Source: a phage
NCBI GenBank assembly: GCA_037431425.1
Contig: GCA_037431425.1_4129.2
Reading direction: 5' to 3' (one strand)
DNA: 64,000 bases
Within the stretch, counting starts at the first letter, position 1. The number at the start of each line of letters is the position of its first letter. Both the position numbers and the translations under genes were made by a program. The notes beneath the pieces were generated by a model. It ran no database searches and had not been told where the DNA came from. It saw nothing but the letters and a program-made list of their open reading frames with translations. Below, piece after piece: positions 49,088 through 58,941 of this stretch.

Positions 49088-50263
49088 ATGTCACAACTAC
49101 TAAATGAATCCAAATGGGTAGCAGTAAAAGAGAAACTAGTTGAAGGTCTACAGGGTACTCGTAAGTCTGTAATGGAAACTGTTCTTGATAACCATCGTAA
49201 AGTTATGCTAACTGAATCTGCAACTTCTGGTGCAACTACTGCTGGTAACATCGCTACTCTAAACAAAGTGATTCTACCAATTATGCGTCGTGTAATGCCA
49301 ACTGTTATTGCTAACGAAATTATCGGTGTTCAACCAATGACTGGTCCAGTTGGTCAGATTCACACCCTACGTGTGCAATATGCTGATAATGCACCTGGTG
49401 TTATTGCTGGTGAAGAAATGCTTTCTCCATACAAAATTGCAAAATCCTACTCTGGTGAACTAAATTCTGATAATAGCAACCCACAAGCTGCACCTACTAG
49501 TCAACTAGAAGGTACTATGGGTCGTCGCGTAAATATCCGTATCCTACGTGAAACTGTTGAAGCGAAATCACGCCGTCTATCTGCACGTTGGACTGTTGAA
49601 TCTGCACAAGATGCACAATCTCAACATGGTGTTGATGTTGAAGCTGAACTAATGGCAGCAATTGCACAAGAAGTTACTGTAGAAATCGACCAAGAACTAC
49701 TAAGCCGTCTACGTGCACTACCAGGTGCTGCTGCTGTAACTTATGACCAATCTAAAGTTACTGGTGTTGCAACTTTCGTAGGTGATGAACACGCTGCTCT
49801 AGCTACCCTAATCAACCGTCAAGCAAACGAAGTTGCTCGTCGTACCAAGCGTGGTGCAGCAAACTGGGCTGTTGTTTCCCCAACTGCTCTAACCATTCTA
49901 CAGTCTGCAACTACTTCTAGCTTTGCACGTACCACTGAAGGTACTTTTGAAGCACCAACTAACGTTAAGTTTGTAGGTACTCTAAACAGCACCATGCGTA
50001 TCTTTGTTGATACCTATGCAAGTGATTCTGAAGATATCCTAATTGGTTATAAAGGTAATGCTGAAACTGATGCTGGTGTATTCTATTGCCCATACATCCC
50101 ACTAATGGCATCCGGTACTGTTATGGACCCTAACACTGGTGAATTGGTTACAACTTTCCTAACTCGTTATGGTTACGTACAATTGACCGACAGCACTTCC
50201 TCTCTTGGTAACGCTGCTGACTACTATAGCAAAATCGCTATCAAAAACGTTACTTTCATGTAA
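49088..50263 (+). CDS. 23: major capsid protein, gp23-like (compact, 391 aa)
   Basis: LPIMRRVMPTVIANEIIGVQPMTGPVGQIHTLRVQY, VEAKSRRLSARWTVESAQDAQSQHGVDVEAEL and IGYKGNAETDAGVFYCPYIPL parallel T4 gp23 segments as recalled; strongly biased codon usage. Confidence 0.9.
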   Translation: MSQLLNESKWVAVKEKLVEGLQGTRKSVMETVLDNHRKVMLTESATSGATTAGNIATLNKVILPIMRRVMPTVIANEIIGVQPMTGPVGQIHTLRVQYADNAPGVIAGEEMLSPYKIAKSYSGELNSDNSNPQAAPTSQLEGTMGRRVNIRILRETVEAKSRRLSARWTVESAQDAQSQHGVDVEAELMAAIAQEVTVEIDQELLSRLRALPGAAAVTYDQSKVTGVATFVGDEHAALATLINRQANEVARRTKRGAANWAVVSPTALTILQSATTSSFARTTEGTFEAPTNVKFVGTLNSTMRIFVDTYASDSEDILIGYKGNAETDAGVFYCPYIPLMASGTVMDPNTGELVTTFLTRYGYVQLTDSTSSLGNAADYYSKIAIKNVTFM

Positions 50264-50307
50264 TTATAATCGATTTAAAAAAATAATCAAGAAATTAAAA
50301 ACAAAAA

Positions 50308-50334
50308 GGGACTCTGATGAGTCCCTTTTCTTTT
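50308..50334 (+). terminator. intrinsic terminator after major capsid gene
   Basis: Perfect 7-bp stem GGGACTC / GAGTCCC with 4-nt loop, followed by TTTTCTTTT. Confidence 0.7.
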
Positions 50335-50405
50335 ATCTAAATATTGACAAACAGTACTGAAACATGTTATGCTTATGTAAATATAGTAACTATAGAGGAA
50401 TTTAA

Positions 50406-52004
50406 ATGCTTGGTGAAATCAAACAGTTTTTGAAGACGAAAAAGTTAAGAGGTGTAAAATCTGCACTTCAAGCAAAACCATTATATGTTGATTACTTAAA
50501 AGAAATTTATGGTGATATCGAACTGAATGTTATCATTTACATGGTATTGAATGATATTAAAGAAATTCCAAAAGCAAAATGTGGTAACGATGTAAAGTTT
50601 GTTAATTTAATTGAGGGATTCAGTGACAGATGTAATCTACCGTTTCAGGGAAAAAATAAATGTAAAGTTTGTTCTGTAATGATTTCTGAAAAAAGAAAAA
50701 GTACATACAAGAATAAAACTGGGTATGATAATCCCGGACAGAATCCAGACGTTCGTGACAAGATGTCAAGAACTAATATTAATCGTTACGGAACTACTGT
50801 TCCCCAGCAGACCGATGTTGTCAAAAAACGTTCAATTGAGACAAATATTCTTAAGTACGGAGTTGAACATCCCTCAATGTTGGAAGAAAACAAAGAGAAA
50901 CGCCAAAAAACTGTTTTTGAAAAGTATGGTGTAGATAATGTACTTAAAACTACACATAAACGCCTTGAAGAACGTTATATGAATTTCAAGAAAAAATATG
51001 AATATTCTGGAAAATATACATTACTTAGTTCAATTGAAGAGTATGATTCTTCTGTTAATGGTGTTAAAAGTATTCTTTTATGGAAATGTAATACTTGCAA
51101 CAATACTTTCAATAAAGTTGCACCGTGTTTAAGATGTCCTAAATGTGAACCATACTCTTCCAGTACTGAAGAAGTTGAATTATATGAATATATTTCATCA
51201 ATCTATGACGGTGTAATTATCCAGAATAGTAGGAATATTATCACAGGTAATGAGATTGATATTTTCATTCCAGAACTGAAACTTGGTATTGAGTTCAATG
51301 GTGAGTACTGGCACAGAGACGAAGTGCGTGGTAATAATTATCATCAGAGCAAATATATTCGTATGAAGGAAAATGGCAACAAACTTATTACTATATATAG
51401 TAATGAATGGCGTAATAAAACTGACATCGTTAAGCGTAGATTAAAAAGCATTTTAAATACTGATAATAGAGTGTACGCTCGTAAGTGTACTATCGGTTTA
51501 GTTCAGAATGATGTATGTGATGAGTTTTTGAATACATATCATATACAGGGTAAGTGTAGTTCTTCGATTCGCGTAGGTCTGTATTTGGAAACAGAACTTG
51601 TTGCAGTAATGACATTCGGTAAACCAAGATTTAACAAAGAATATGAATATGAACTACTCCGTTATTGTTCCAAAGATACAGTGGTTGGTGGTGCTTCAAA
51701 ACTGTTAAAATATTTCGAAATTACACATGTTCCAAAATCTTTGATATCTTATGCTGATATGAACTGGAGTTCTGGTAATCTATATGAAGCAATTGGGTTT
51801 CAATTTGTTGAAATGACGAAACCTGGATATTTCTATTATGATAAAAAAACAGAAACCACATATTCCAGATACCAATGTCAAAAGCAAAAATTAATATCAA
51901 AGTTTGGATTTCCTAATACAATGACAGAGAATGAAATGACACGATCACTTGGTTATTACAAAATATATGATTGTGGTAATTTAGTATATAAAAAAGAATA
52001 CTAA
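50406..52004 (+). CDS. homing-endonuclease-like protein: repeated K/R-Y-G motifs, CxxC zinc ribbon, PD-(D/E)XK-like nuclease motif
   Basis: Three repeats (TNINRYGTTVPQQ / TNILKYGVEHPSM / KTVFEKYGVDNVLK); WKCNTCNN...CLRCPKC zinc ribbon; IDIFIPELKLGIEFNGEYWH nuclease-like motif; located right after the capsid gene, where T4 carries a seg homing endonuclease. Confidence 0.5.
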   Translation: MLGEIKQFLKTKKLRGVKSALQAKPLYVDYLKEIYGDIELNVIIYMVLNDIKEIPKAKCGNDVKFVNLIEGFSDRCNLPFQGKNKCKVCSVMISEKRKSTYKNKTGYDNPGQNPDVRDKMSRTNINRYGTTVPQQTDVVKKRSIETNILKYGVEHPSMLEENKEKRQKTVFEKYGVDNVLKTTHKRLEERYMNFKKKYEYSGKYTLLSSIEEYDSSVNGVKSILLWKCNTCNNTFNKVAPCLRCPKCEPYSSSTEEVELYEYISSIYDGVIIQNSRNIITGNEIDIFIPELKLGIEFNGEYWHRDEVRGNNYHQSKYIRMKENGNKLITIYSNEWRNKTDIVKRRLKSILNTDNRVYARKCTIGLVQNDVCDEFLNTYHIQGKCSSSIRVGLYLETELVAVMTFGKPRFNKEYEYELLRYCSKDTVVGGASKLLKYFEITHVPKSLISYADMNWSSGNLYEAIGFQFVEMTKPGYFYYDKKTETTYSRYQCQKQKLISKFGFPNTMTENEMTRSLGYYKIYDCGNLVYKKEY

Positions 52005-52023
52005 AATACATTATTGAAACAAG

Positions 52024-52383
52024 GTGGTTTCGGTGTTAACTGTATATATTTTTAAGAAAGAAGAGTACTTAAAGAGTCAGTACTCTAAAATTGAGATTAA
52101 CGTTCCCTATGGAACATTGGTTGGTTATGACGAATCTAGCGAAACCTTGTTTTATAATGATGATAAACTTGACTATAGCATTGATTCATTTATTGAAGAT
52201 ATACTTGATTGTAATACAGAAGATATGTTGTATGAAGAATACTTAGATGCGTACAGAGAACGTATGTCAAAGTTACATGCTGACGCTCCAGTACTAAACA
52301 TTACACAAAAATCTTCTGAATTTGAACCACATAATCCGTTTCAACGTTTAATTGATATTGGTTTAAAATTCACTATTAATTGA
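52024..52383 (+). CDS. hypothetical acidic protein (GTG start)
   Basis: 119-aa ORF starting at GTG; Asp/Glu/Tyr-rich; no motif recognised. Confidence 0.4.
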   Translation: MVSVLTVYIFKKEEYLKSQYSKIEINVPYGTLVGYDESSETLFYNDDKLDYSIDSFIEDILDCNTEDMLYEEYLDAYRERMSKLHADAPVLNITQKSSEFEPHNPFQRLIDIGLKFTIN

Positions 52384-52422
52384 TAGATAAATATCTCCAT
52401 ATTAATGATGGAGATTGAATCT

Positions 52423-52731
52423 ATGTCACAAATATGTTATGTTATCATAAATTCTGCGTGGCCTGATTATGTTAAGATTGGGTTCACATCAAAATCCGAA
52501 ATGACTGAGCGTTTGAGAACATATCAGACAGCTACACCTTTCAGAGATTTTGAGGTATACCATGAGGTGTATTTTGATGATGCACGTTTGGCTGAAAAAG
52601 AAATTCATAAAAGACTAAAGCAAATGAATGCAATTAGACAACCGAACACTGAGTGGTTTAAAATGTCTAAAAAGATCGCCGCAAACATTATTGACTCCAT
52701 AAGGGATGATATGGATAATGATATGTTATAG
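52423..52731 (+). CDS. T5orf172 / GIY-YIG-like domain protein
   Basis: CYVIINSAWPDYVKIGFTSKSEMTERLRTYQT...EWF matches the T5orf172 pattern (YVY...KIG.T...R...); start set at ATG 52423 with GGAG SD 9 nt upstream. Confidence 0.55.
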   Translation: MSQICYVIINSAWPDYVKIGFTSKSEMTERLRTYQTATPFRDFEVYHEVYFDDARLAEKEIHKRLKQMNAIRQPNTEWFKMSKKIAANIIDSIRDDMDNDML

Positions 52732-52771
52732 GAATAAATATAGTATATATTAATCATAAAGGGATTTATAC

Positions 52772-54385
52772 ATGAGCATAAGTTTTAATAACCCACTGGA
52801 TACAATGACCAGTACTGGTGCTAATGGTTCTTTGGAACTAATAGTGCTTGGTGGTACACCAACTAACCCAAGACCTATTCGTTTTAATTCATCATCAGTT
52901 ATTATGCCAGTAAAAACATTACCGACTGGTGAACAAGGTGCAATGGTTTTTGATAGAAACGAATTAGTGTTAAAGTATCATAATGGTACTAGTTGGATTG
53001 CAATATACGACAATGATACTATTTTAGAACCAATTAGGGTTTCGTTGGATGAAGTAAACAGAAAATTAAACTTAAAGGTTGAAAGTGTAACATACAGTAG
53101 TAGTTCTGTTCCAAGTGCAAGTATCAGTGGAACAAACTTAAACATCGTATTCCCTACTGTTTCTAGTGGTGGTGGTTCAGGGCCAACTGGCCTTTATACT
53201 TCACTTAAACCTGGTGTTATCACACAGTACGCATTGACTTCTGGTCAAAACGTTGCTAGTATACGTGAACAAATGTCTGGACAAACCAATGGTCAAAATG
53301 GACGAAATGGTTCGCAAGCTGCTCCATGGAAAACATCAGATGGATGGTGCTTTGCTGATGGTATGTGGTGGCAATGGGAAGGTGAAAATGGCACAGTTAC
53401 TAAACAAGTACCAAATCTTAACAGAAACGCGTATTTAAAAGGGATATCCACATCAGGGGTAACCAAAACGGATAGTGTTATTGGGAGCAGTGGTAACATT
53501 AGCGGAACTGTTTTGAGTGTAGCACAATTGCCTTCACATTCATTTAGTTTTAGCGGAAGAACTGATGCTGCTGGTCGCCACAGCCATAGTCAAGCACTAA
53601 AAGGTATGGACCGAAGTGGTCTAAATGCGTTAACATCAAGTAATGATAACGGTATACCAACAGTAATTAGTAACATTAATGAAGCACCAGACCATGTTCA
53701 CTCATTTAGTGGAAACACAAACACACTTGGTGGGAATCAGCCACATTATCATGGTATCAGTAATGTTGATGTTGAGCACTTTAACGTGGCATATTTATAT
53801 AACATTGCAGAATCAAACGTAGCACTGAGTGAAAAAGTAGCAAATACGCGTTATGTACTGAAATCAGGTGATACAATGACTGGTTCTTTAACTATTGCCA
53901 ACAGTGCATCTATTAAGTCTAATGATACATCATTAGTTCTATATTTCCGTAACGCAAGCGGCGGTGAACGTGCGGCTGTTTACCATAATTCATCAAACAA
54001 CACGTTGCGATTACGTTCCGGTGGTGCTGAAGTAGCAGTAAACTCTTCAGGTAACTTGTCTGCTCCTTCATTAACTGTTTCTAATAATTCAGCTACTGTT
54101 GGTGGTAAAAATATTGTTCGCACTATCAATGGTACAGCGGCTGATGGTAATGGTAATGTTTCATTGCAAATTAATTCGAATAACGTACAAAGTATTCGTT
54201 TGAGTGCAAGAATTGAAACAAGTAAAATTCCAGATTCTTCATGGACATACGCACCTGAAGGTGCACTCATGGATGGTGTATGGATTTCAGTGAACGGTAG
54301 TTCAGGAACTCATTTGGAACGTATTAGCTATCGTTATATTCAAATGCAGGTAAATGGCAATTGGGAAACGGTACGACAACAATAA
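52772..54385 (+). CDS. tail fiber protein with His-rich (HxH-type) C-terminal region
   Basis: AAGRHSHSQ, APDHVHSFSG and NQPHYHG motifs resemble metal-binding HxH motifs of T-even fiber tips; followed directly by a chaperone-like gene; ATAAATAT late-type motif upstream. Confidence 0.55.
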   Translation: MSISFNNPLDTMTSTGANGSLELIVLGGTPTNPRPIRFNSSSVIMPVKTLPTGEQGAMVFDRNELVLKYHNGTSWIAIYDNDTILEPIRVSLDEVNRKLNLKVESVTYSSSSVPSASISGTNLNIVFPTVSSGGGSGPTGLYTSLKPGVITQYALTSGQNVASIREQMSGQTNGQNGRNGSQAAPWKTSDGWCFADGMWWQWEGENGTVTKQVPNLNRNAYLKGISTSGVTKTDSVIGSSGNISGTVLSVAQLPSHSFSFSGRTDAAGRHSHSQALKGMDRSGLNALTSSNDNGIPTVISNINEAPDHVHSFSGNTNTLGGNQPHYHGISNVDVEHFNVAYLYNIAESNVALSEKVANTRYVLKSGDTMTGSLTIANSASIKSNDTSLVLYFRNASGGERAAVYHNSSNNTLRLRSGGAEVAVNSSGNLSAPSLTVSNNSATVGGKNIVRTINGTAADGNGNVSLQINSNNVQSIRLSARIETSKIPDSSWTYAPEGALMDGVWISVNGSSGTHLERISYRYIQMQVNGNWETVRQQ

Positions 54386-54391
54386 GGAAAT

Positions 54392-54907
54392 GTGCAAATG
54401 CAACTAACTAATTTTAAGATGTACGATAAAGAAGATGGAAATCCAAATTCTTTGTATATGATGTCCGATGAAGGCATGGATTGGTATGAATCTCGTGGTC
54501 TGTTTGACATTAACAAAGCCAAATTTATGTATGATGCCAATGGATTGATAGTTTCTGCATCATATGACATTTATGATCTAGTACCTTTGGGGTTTAGTGT
54601 TTCTGAAATTGAGTACGATGGTGACGTTAACAAACTTTATGGTATGATTTATGATGGTAAAACTATCAAGGAGTATGTAGAAACCAAAGAAGAAAAGATT
54701 GAACGTCTTAAGATTGAATTGGAAAAATTAAAATACTCTGCAATTCAACAGCTTGGGCATTTGAAAACAGCTATGGATCTTGAGTTAGCATCAGATGAAG
54801 AAGCTGTATTGTTTGCAAAATTAAAAGAGTATGTAACACAATTGTCGTCAATTAAACCAGTAGATATGGTCAAAAAAACATTTTCATTTCCAGTCAAACC
54901 TGAATAA
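54392..54907 (+). CDS. tail fiber assembly chaperone (Tfa-like)
   Basis: C-terminus ASDEEAVLFAKLKEYVTQLSSIKPVDMVKKTFSFPVKPE resembles the conserved C-terminal motif of the tail-fiber-assembly family; immediately downstream of a fiber gene. Confidence 0.5.
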   Translation: MQMQLTNFKMYDKEDGNPNSLYMMSDEGMDWYESRGLFDINKAKFMYDANGLIVSASYDIYDLVPLGFSVSEIEYDGDVNKLYGMIYDGKTIKEYVETKEEKIERLKIELEKLKYSAIQQLGHLKTAMDLELASDEEAVLFAKLKEYVTQLSSIKPVDMVKKTFSFPVKPE

Positions 54908-54944
54908 AAATTGAGACAGCACTGAAATGTATGATACAATTTAG

Positions 54945-54980
54945 TCATCTCACCAGCGGTGGTGAGGTGACATTTTTTTC
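54945..54980 (+). terminator. intrinsic terminator after fiber/chaperone pair
   Basis: 10-bp stem with one mismatch (TCATCTCACC / GGTGAGGTGA) followed by cat + TTTTTTT. Confidence 0.55.
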
Positions 54981-55004
54981 AAAACAAACATGGAGAAATA
55001 CAAA

Positions 55005-55307
55005 ATGGCTAAATCCAAAAAAGAAGTTAAAGTTGAAATTCGTGATCTAAACGATGAACAGCGTAAACGTCTCGGTGATGCACTTAACAACATCGTAGTC
55101 CAACTAACTTTTATCGATGATACTAAAGCATCTTTATCTGATTTTGTTTCTAGTGTTTCAGACGAACTTGGTATTGATGCATCCGATATCAAACAAGCGG
55201 CACAACGTATGTACAAAGGTGATTACTTTGACAAACAAAGTAAACTAGATAATATTGAAACTATTCTAAGTGTTACCAACAATCTTCCACAAGCAGACGA
55301 TTACTAA
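55005..55307 (+). CDS. hypothetical protein
   Basis: Start set at ATG 55005 (MAKSKKEV..., GGAG SD 9 nt upstream); track ORF begins 15 nt earlier without SD; followed by a terminator. Confidence 0.45.
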   Translation: MAKSKKEVKVEIRDLNDEQRKRLGDALNNIVVQLTFIDDTKASLSDFVSSVSDELGIDASDIKQAAQRMYKGDYFDKQSKLDNIETILSVTNNLPQADDY

Positions 55308-55331
55308 TTTGTAATAAAAATATATTAAATT

Positions 55332-55358
55332 GCCTCCATGGACGGAGGCATTATTTTT
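55332..55358 (+). terminator. intrinsic terminator upstream of DNA polymerase gene
   Basis: GCCTCC-atggac-GGAGGC stem followed by ATTATTTTT. Confidence 0.65.
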
Positions 55359-55387
55359 AACTTAATAAACGTAAGGGAATACTAACG

Positions 55388-58300
55388 ATGTATATCGATG
55401 CTTATATGGAACGTAAACGTACTGGTGATATTCTTCATGTTGTTGAACGTAAAAATGGTAAACGTATTCTACGTGAATTAGATCCAGTATATGAATATTA
55501 CGTTGAATCTCCCCAAGGTACACACAAAACTGTGTATGGTACAATGGCTAAACATTTTGAGTTTCAAACACAAGCTCAAATGAATAAAAGTGTAGAGCAG
55601 CACAAAAGTGAAGGTCTACGTATTTTTGAAAGTGATTGTAACATTACATTTAAAACACTAGCAAAAGAATATATGGGGAAAGGCTCACCGGACTTGAATA
55701 TTGTTTTCTTCGATATCGAGACTGATTTCCATAAGAAATTTGGCTATGCCCCGCCATCAGACCCATTCAACCGTGTAACAGCCATTTCCCTATATCAATC
55801 ATGGACCGGAAAAGATTATGTACTTACTTTACCACCTGATGATATGGAAATTTATGAAGCACAGGACATTGTTCGTAAACTAAATGAAGAAACAAACGAT
55901 CCTAACAGTACTGTAATTCTATATACAGACGAAAAGGAAATGTTTATGGAATTCTTTAGTTTAATTGATGATTCTGATATTATTTCAGGATGGAATAGTG
56001 AATTCTTTGATATTCCATATATGATCAATAGAACTAAAAAAATCTTCAATGAAGCAACAACTGCACGTTGGTGTTTGTGGAATAAAAAACCAACTTCGCG
56101 TGAAGCCGATAACTTTGGAAAAATAGTTCAAACTTATGATCTGATTGGTCGTGTTCATCTTGACTACTTGGCATTGTATAAAAAACATGCTGGTCAGGTT
56201 GAACAATCTTATAAACTGGATTATATTGCAGAAAAAGTAACTAAAGAAAATAAAGTATCATATGAAGGTTCACTAGATAAACTTTACAGAGAAGATTATA
56301 TTACTTTCTTACGATATTCCAAACAAGATAGCATTCTACTTAAAAAGATTGATGCAAAGTGTGACTACATCAACCTGCACAATCGCCTGGCACATAAAGA
56401 ATGCGTTCTTATTAGTACAACAATGGGTTCTGTTGCACTTATTGACACAGCTATTATTAACTTAGCACATGCACGTGGTGAAGTTGTTTTTAACAAAGCA
56501 CCCAAAGATGATGTTGAGTTTGATCCTGAAATGGAATATTATGGTGAAGATGGAATTGATGGAGAAGAGAAAATCAGTGCAAAAGCAGCAGGGGCATGGG
56601 TACAAGATCCAGTACTAGGACTTGTGAGTGACCTTGGGTGTACTGACTTTAACTCACTTTATCCTACTGTCCTACGTACTTTAGGTATGAGTACTGAATG
56701 TATTCTTGGACAACTACGACAAGATTACACAGATGCGTATCTTGCAGCTAAAATCCAGGAACAGAAGAGCAAATCTAAATCAAAATCATTTGAACCTGAT
56801 TGGACTGCTGCATGGCATGGTTTGTTTGCCGCAGTAGAGTTTACAATGGTCCATGAAAAGTCAGAAGAAACATTGATTGTGGACTTAGAAGATGGTAGTT
56901 CCTTCAAAGCAACTGGTAAGGAACTATATGATATTATTTTTGCAGAAGATAGCACGATTGTTCTTAGTGCAAACGGAACATTGTTTGATAAATCTAAATC
57001 AGGTGTAATTCCAGATATTCTTACACAATGGTATTCTGAACGTAAAGCCCAGCAAAAAATGGTTATTGATTACAAACATATGTGTACGGATGGCTGGGAG
57101 TTTAATGGTCATGAAAAAGTTGAACCATTGCTATCCAACTATACACATGGAACTATGTTTAGAACCAATATCCATGATAACGATCCAGTATACTTACTTC
57201 GTAAAGAAATTGGTAAAGGACAATGGGATGAAGTTGCTAAGTTGATTGTTGAAAACGGCTTAATCCTAAAAGAAGGTCGCATTTTTTGTCCAAACGAAGA
57301 AAAAGAGTACTTTAAACAGCGTAGTGCTTTCTGGAAACAGAACCAACAGATTCGTAAAATTCTTCTAAACAGTCTATATGGTGCACTATTGAACAAAGGT
57401 TCTCGTTTCTTTGATAAACGTTTAGGTCAATCTGTTACATTAACTGGTCGTTCAATGACTAAGCACATGGCAAGTCGTATCAATGAAATCACAACTGGTG
57501 AATATATCCACCACGGTGGTTCTGTAATTTACGGTGATACTGACTCCGTTTACTTTAGTGTGACACATTATCTGAAAGAACAAGGCATCCCATATAATTT
57601 ATCAAAAGAAGAAATTGTTGATATGTATATTAAAATTGGTGAAGAAGTTGGTGAATCTTTCCCAACATTTATGCATGAAATGTTCAACACTGGTATTGAA
57701 AAAGGTAAGATTGTCGGTGCAGACCTTGAGATGGTTGGTTCCCGTGGATTATTCTTGAAGAAAAAACGTTATGCAATCTTGAAGTACTGGGAAGATGGCT
57801 TCCGTAAAGATATTGATGGTAAACCCGGTGAAATCAAAGCAATGGGTCTTGAGATTAAACGTTCAGATACACCAAAATACATCCAGAACTTCCTAGAAGA
57901 GACACTAATTGCACTACTGGTAGGTGAGAGTGAACAGCAATTAAAACAGCGTGTACGTGCTTTTAAAGATGTATTTAAGGACATGCCAGTATACGAAAAA
58001 GGATCACCAAAAACCGTAAAAAATTACACTAATTTAGAGGCAGAATATCAACTAACTGGTAAGTGTAAGGTTGGTCATGTTCTTGCTGGTATTCAATGGA
58101 ATCGTCTTCGTGAAATTTATGATGATAAAACAGTACCAGAAGTAACTGATGGAACAAAAGTGATTGTCTGTAACTTAAAAGATAACCCTATGGGAATTAA
58201 AGCTGTTGGTTATCCAATTGACTGTGTTGAGTATCTTCCAGAATGGTTCTTGGAATTACCATTTGATACTGAAAAAATGGAAGAGATTGTCCTGACTAAA

Positions 58301-58393
58301 AAATTAGAGAATATTTTTGGTATTTTAGATATGGATATTGGTATTCATGAAAAAAGTACTGCATCAGTAAACAATGGATTCTTCACTTGGTAA
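55388..58393 (+). CDS. 43: family B DNA polymerase (gp43-like)
   Basis: Exo I FFDIETD; motif A DFNSLYPTV; motif B KILLNSLYGAL; motif C IYGDTDSVYF; 1001 aa. Confidence 0.9.
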   Translation: MYIDAYMERKRTGDILHVVERKNGKRILRELDPVYEYYVESPQGTHKTVYGTMAKHFEFQTQAQMNKSVEQHKSEGLRIFESDCNITFKTLAKEYMGKGSPDLNIVFFDIETDFHKKFGYAPPSDPFNRVTAISLYQSWTGKDYVLTLPPDDMEIYEAQDIVRKLNEETNDPNSTVILYTDEKEMFMEFFSLIDDSDIISGWNSEFFDIPYMINRTKKIFNEATTARWCLWNKKPTSREADNFGKIVQTYDLIGRVHLDYLALYKKHAGQVEQSYKLDYIAEKVTKENKVSYEGSLDKLYREDYITFLRYSKQDSILLKKIDAKCDYINLHNRLAHKECVLISTTMGSVALIDTAIINLAHARGEVVFNKAPKDDVEFDPEMEYYGEDGIDGEEKISAKAAGAWVQDPVLGLVSDLGCTDFNSLYPTVLRTLGMSTECILGQLRQDYTDAYLAAKIQEQKSKSKSKSFEPDWTAAWHGLFAAVEFTMVHEKSEETLIVDLEDGSSFKATGKELYDIIFAEDSTIVLSANGTLFDKSKSGVIPDILTQWYSERKAQQKMVIDYKHMCTDGWEFNGHEKVEPLLSNYTHGTMFRTNIHDNDPVYLLRKEIGKGQWDEVAKLIVENGLILKEGRIFCPNEEKEYFKQRSAFWKQNQQIRKILLNSLYGALLNKGSRFFDKRLGQSVTLTGRSMTKHMASRINEITTGEYIHHGGSVIYGDTDSVYFSVTHYLKEQGIPYNLSKEEIVDMYIKIGEEVGESFPTFMHEMFNTGIEKGKIVGADLEMVGSRGLFLKKKRYAILKYWEDGFRKDIDGKPGEIKAMGLEIKRSDTPKYIQNFLEETLIALLVGESEQQLKQRVRAFKDVFKDMPVYEKGSPKTVKNYTNLEAEYQLTGKCKVGHVLAGIQWNRLREIYDDKTVPEVTDGTKVIVCNLKDNPMGIKAVGYPIDCVEYLPEWFLELPFDTEKMEEIVLTKKLENIFGILDMDIGIHEKSTASVNNGFFTW

Positions 58394-58404
58394 GGAGTAA
58401 TATT

Positions 58405-58554
58405 ATGGTTATTGTAAATGAAATTGAGCTAAACTATGACGAAGTAAATGATACTTTCACTAATGCAATGTTGAATATTACTGAAGAAAGTGTAAATGAG
58501 GCATGGGAAAAATATGTAGAATGGACTTCATTACAAGGTAAAAATGATGAGTAA
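58405..58554 (+). CDS. possible small protein (49 aa)
   Basis: ATG 58405 preceded by GGAG 8 nt upstream, directly after the polymerase stop; below the ORF-track size cut-off; overlaps next gene start by 11 nt. Confidence 0.3.
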   Translation: MVIVNEIELNYDEVNDTFTNAMLNITEESVNEAWEKYVEWTSLQGKNDE

Positions 58555-58843
58555 TATATATAAGCGTATTGGTGAAGTACTAGAAGGCAATGGTATCATC
58601 AATTCTGTACTAGCATACGATAATGATGAAGAAGTAGTTCTAATTGGTGCGGGTTTTACCCGTACTGGTTCTGTTGAAGTTGATGGCGAGATTGTTGATG
58701 TTTATACTCTTGTGAAAAAGCGTAAAGTTGTTTTTGTAGACGATGTGCATACATTAAAAGACTTAGAAAAATTACGCAATAAAATTGGCATGAGTTCTAC
58801 AATTGATAAGCCTTATCTTAAACGTTGGAACACAAAATTCTGA
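58544..58843 (+). CDS. hypothetical protein
   Basis: 99-aa ORF; no motif recognised. Confidence 0.45.
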   Translation: MMSNIYKRIGEVLEGNGIINSVLAYDNDEEVVLIGAGFTRTGSVEVDGEIVDVYTLVKKRKVVFVDDVHTLKDLEKLRNKIGMSSTIDKPYLKRWNTKF

Positions 58844-58941
58844 TAAAAATGAGACAAGCACCATTTTTGAGATATAATGGTGCTTGTAGTAATCTGACAT
58901 AAACACATTTTTGATTAACAAATAAAACGGAGAATTATATA

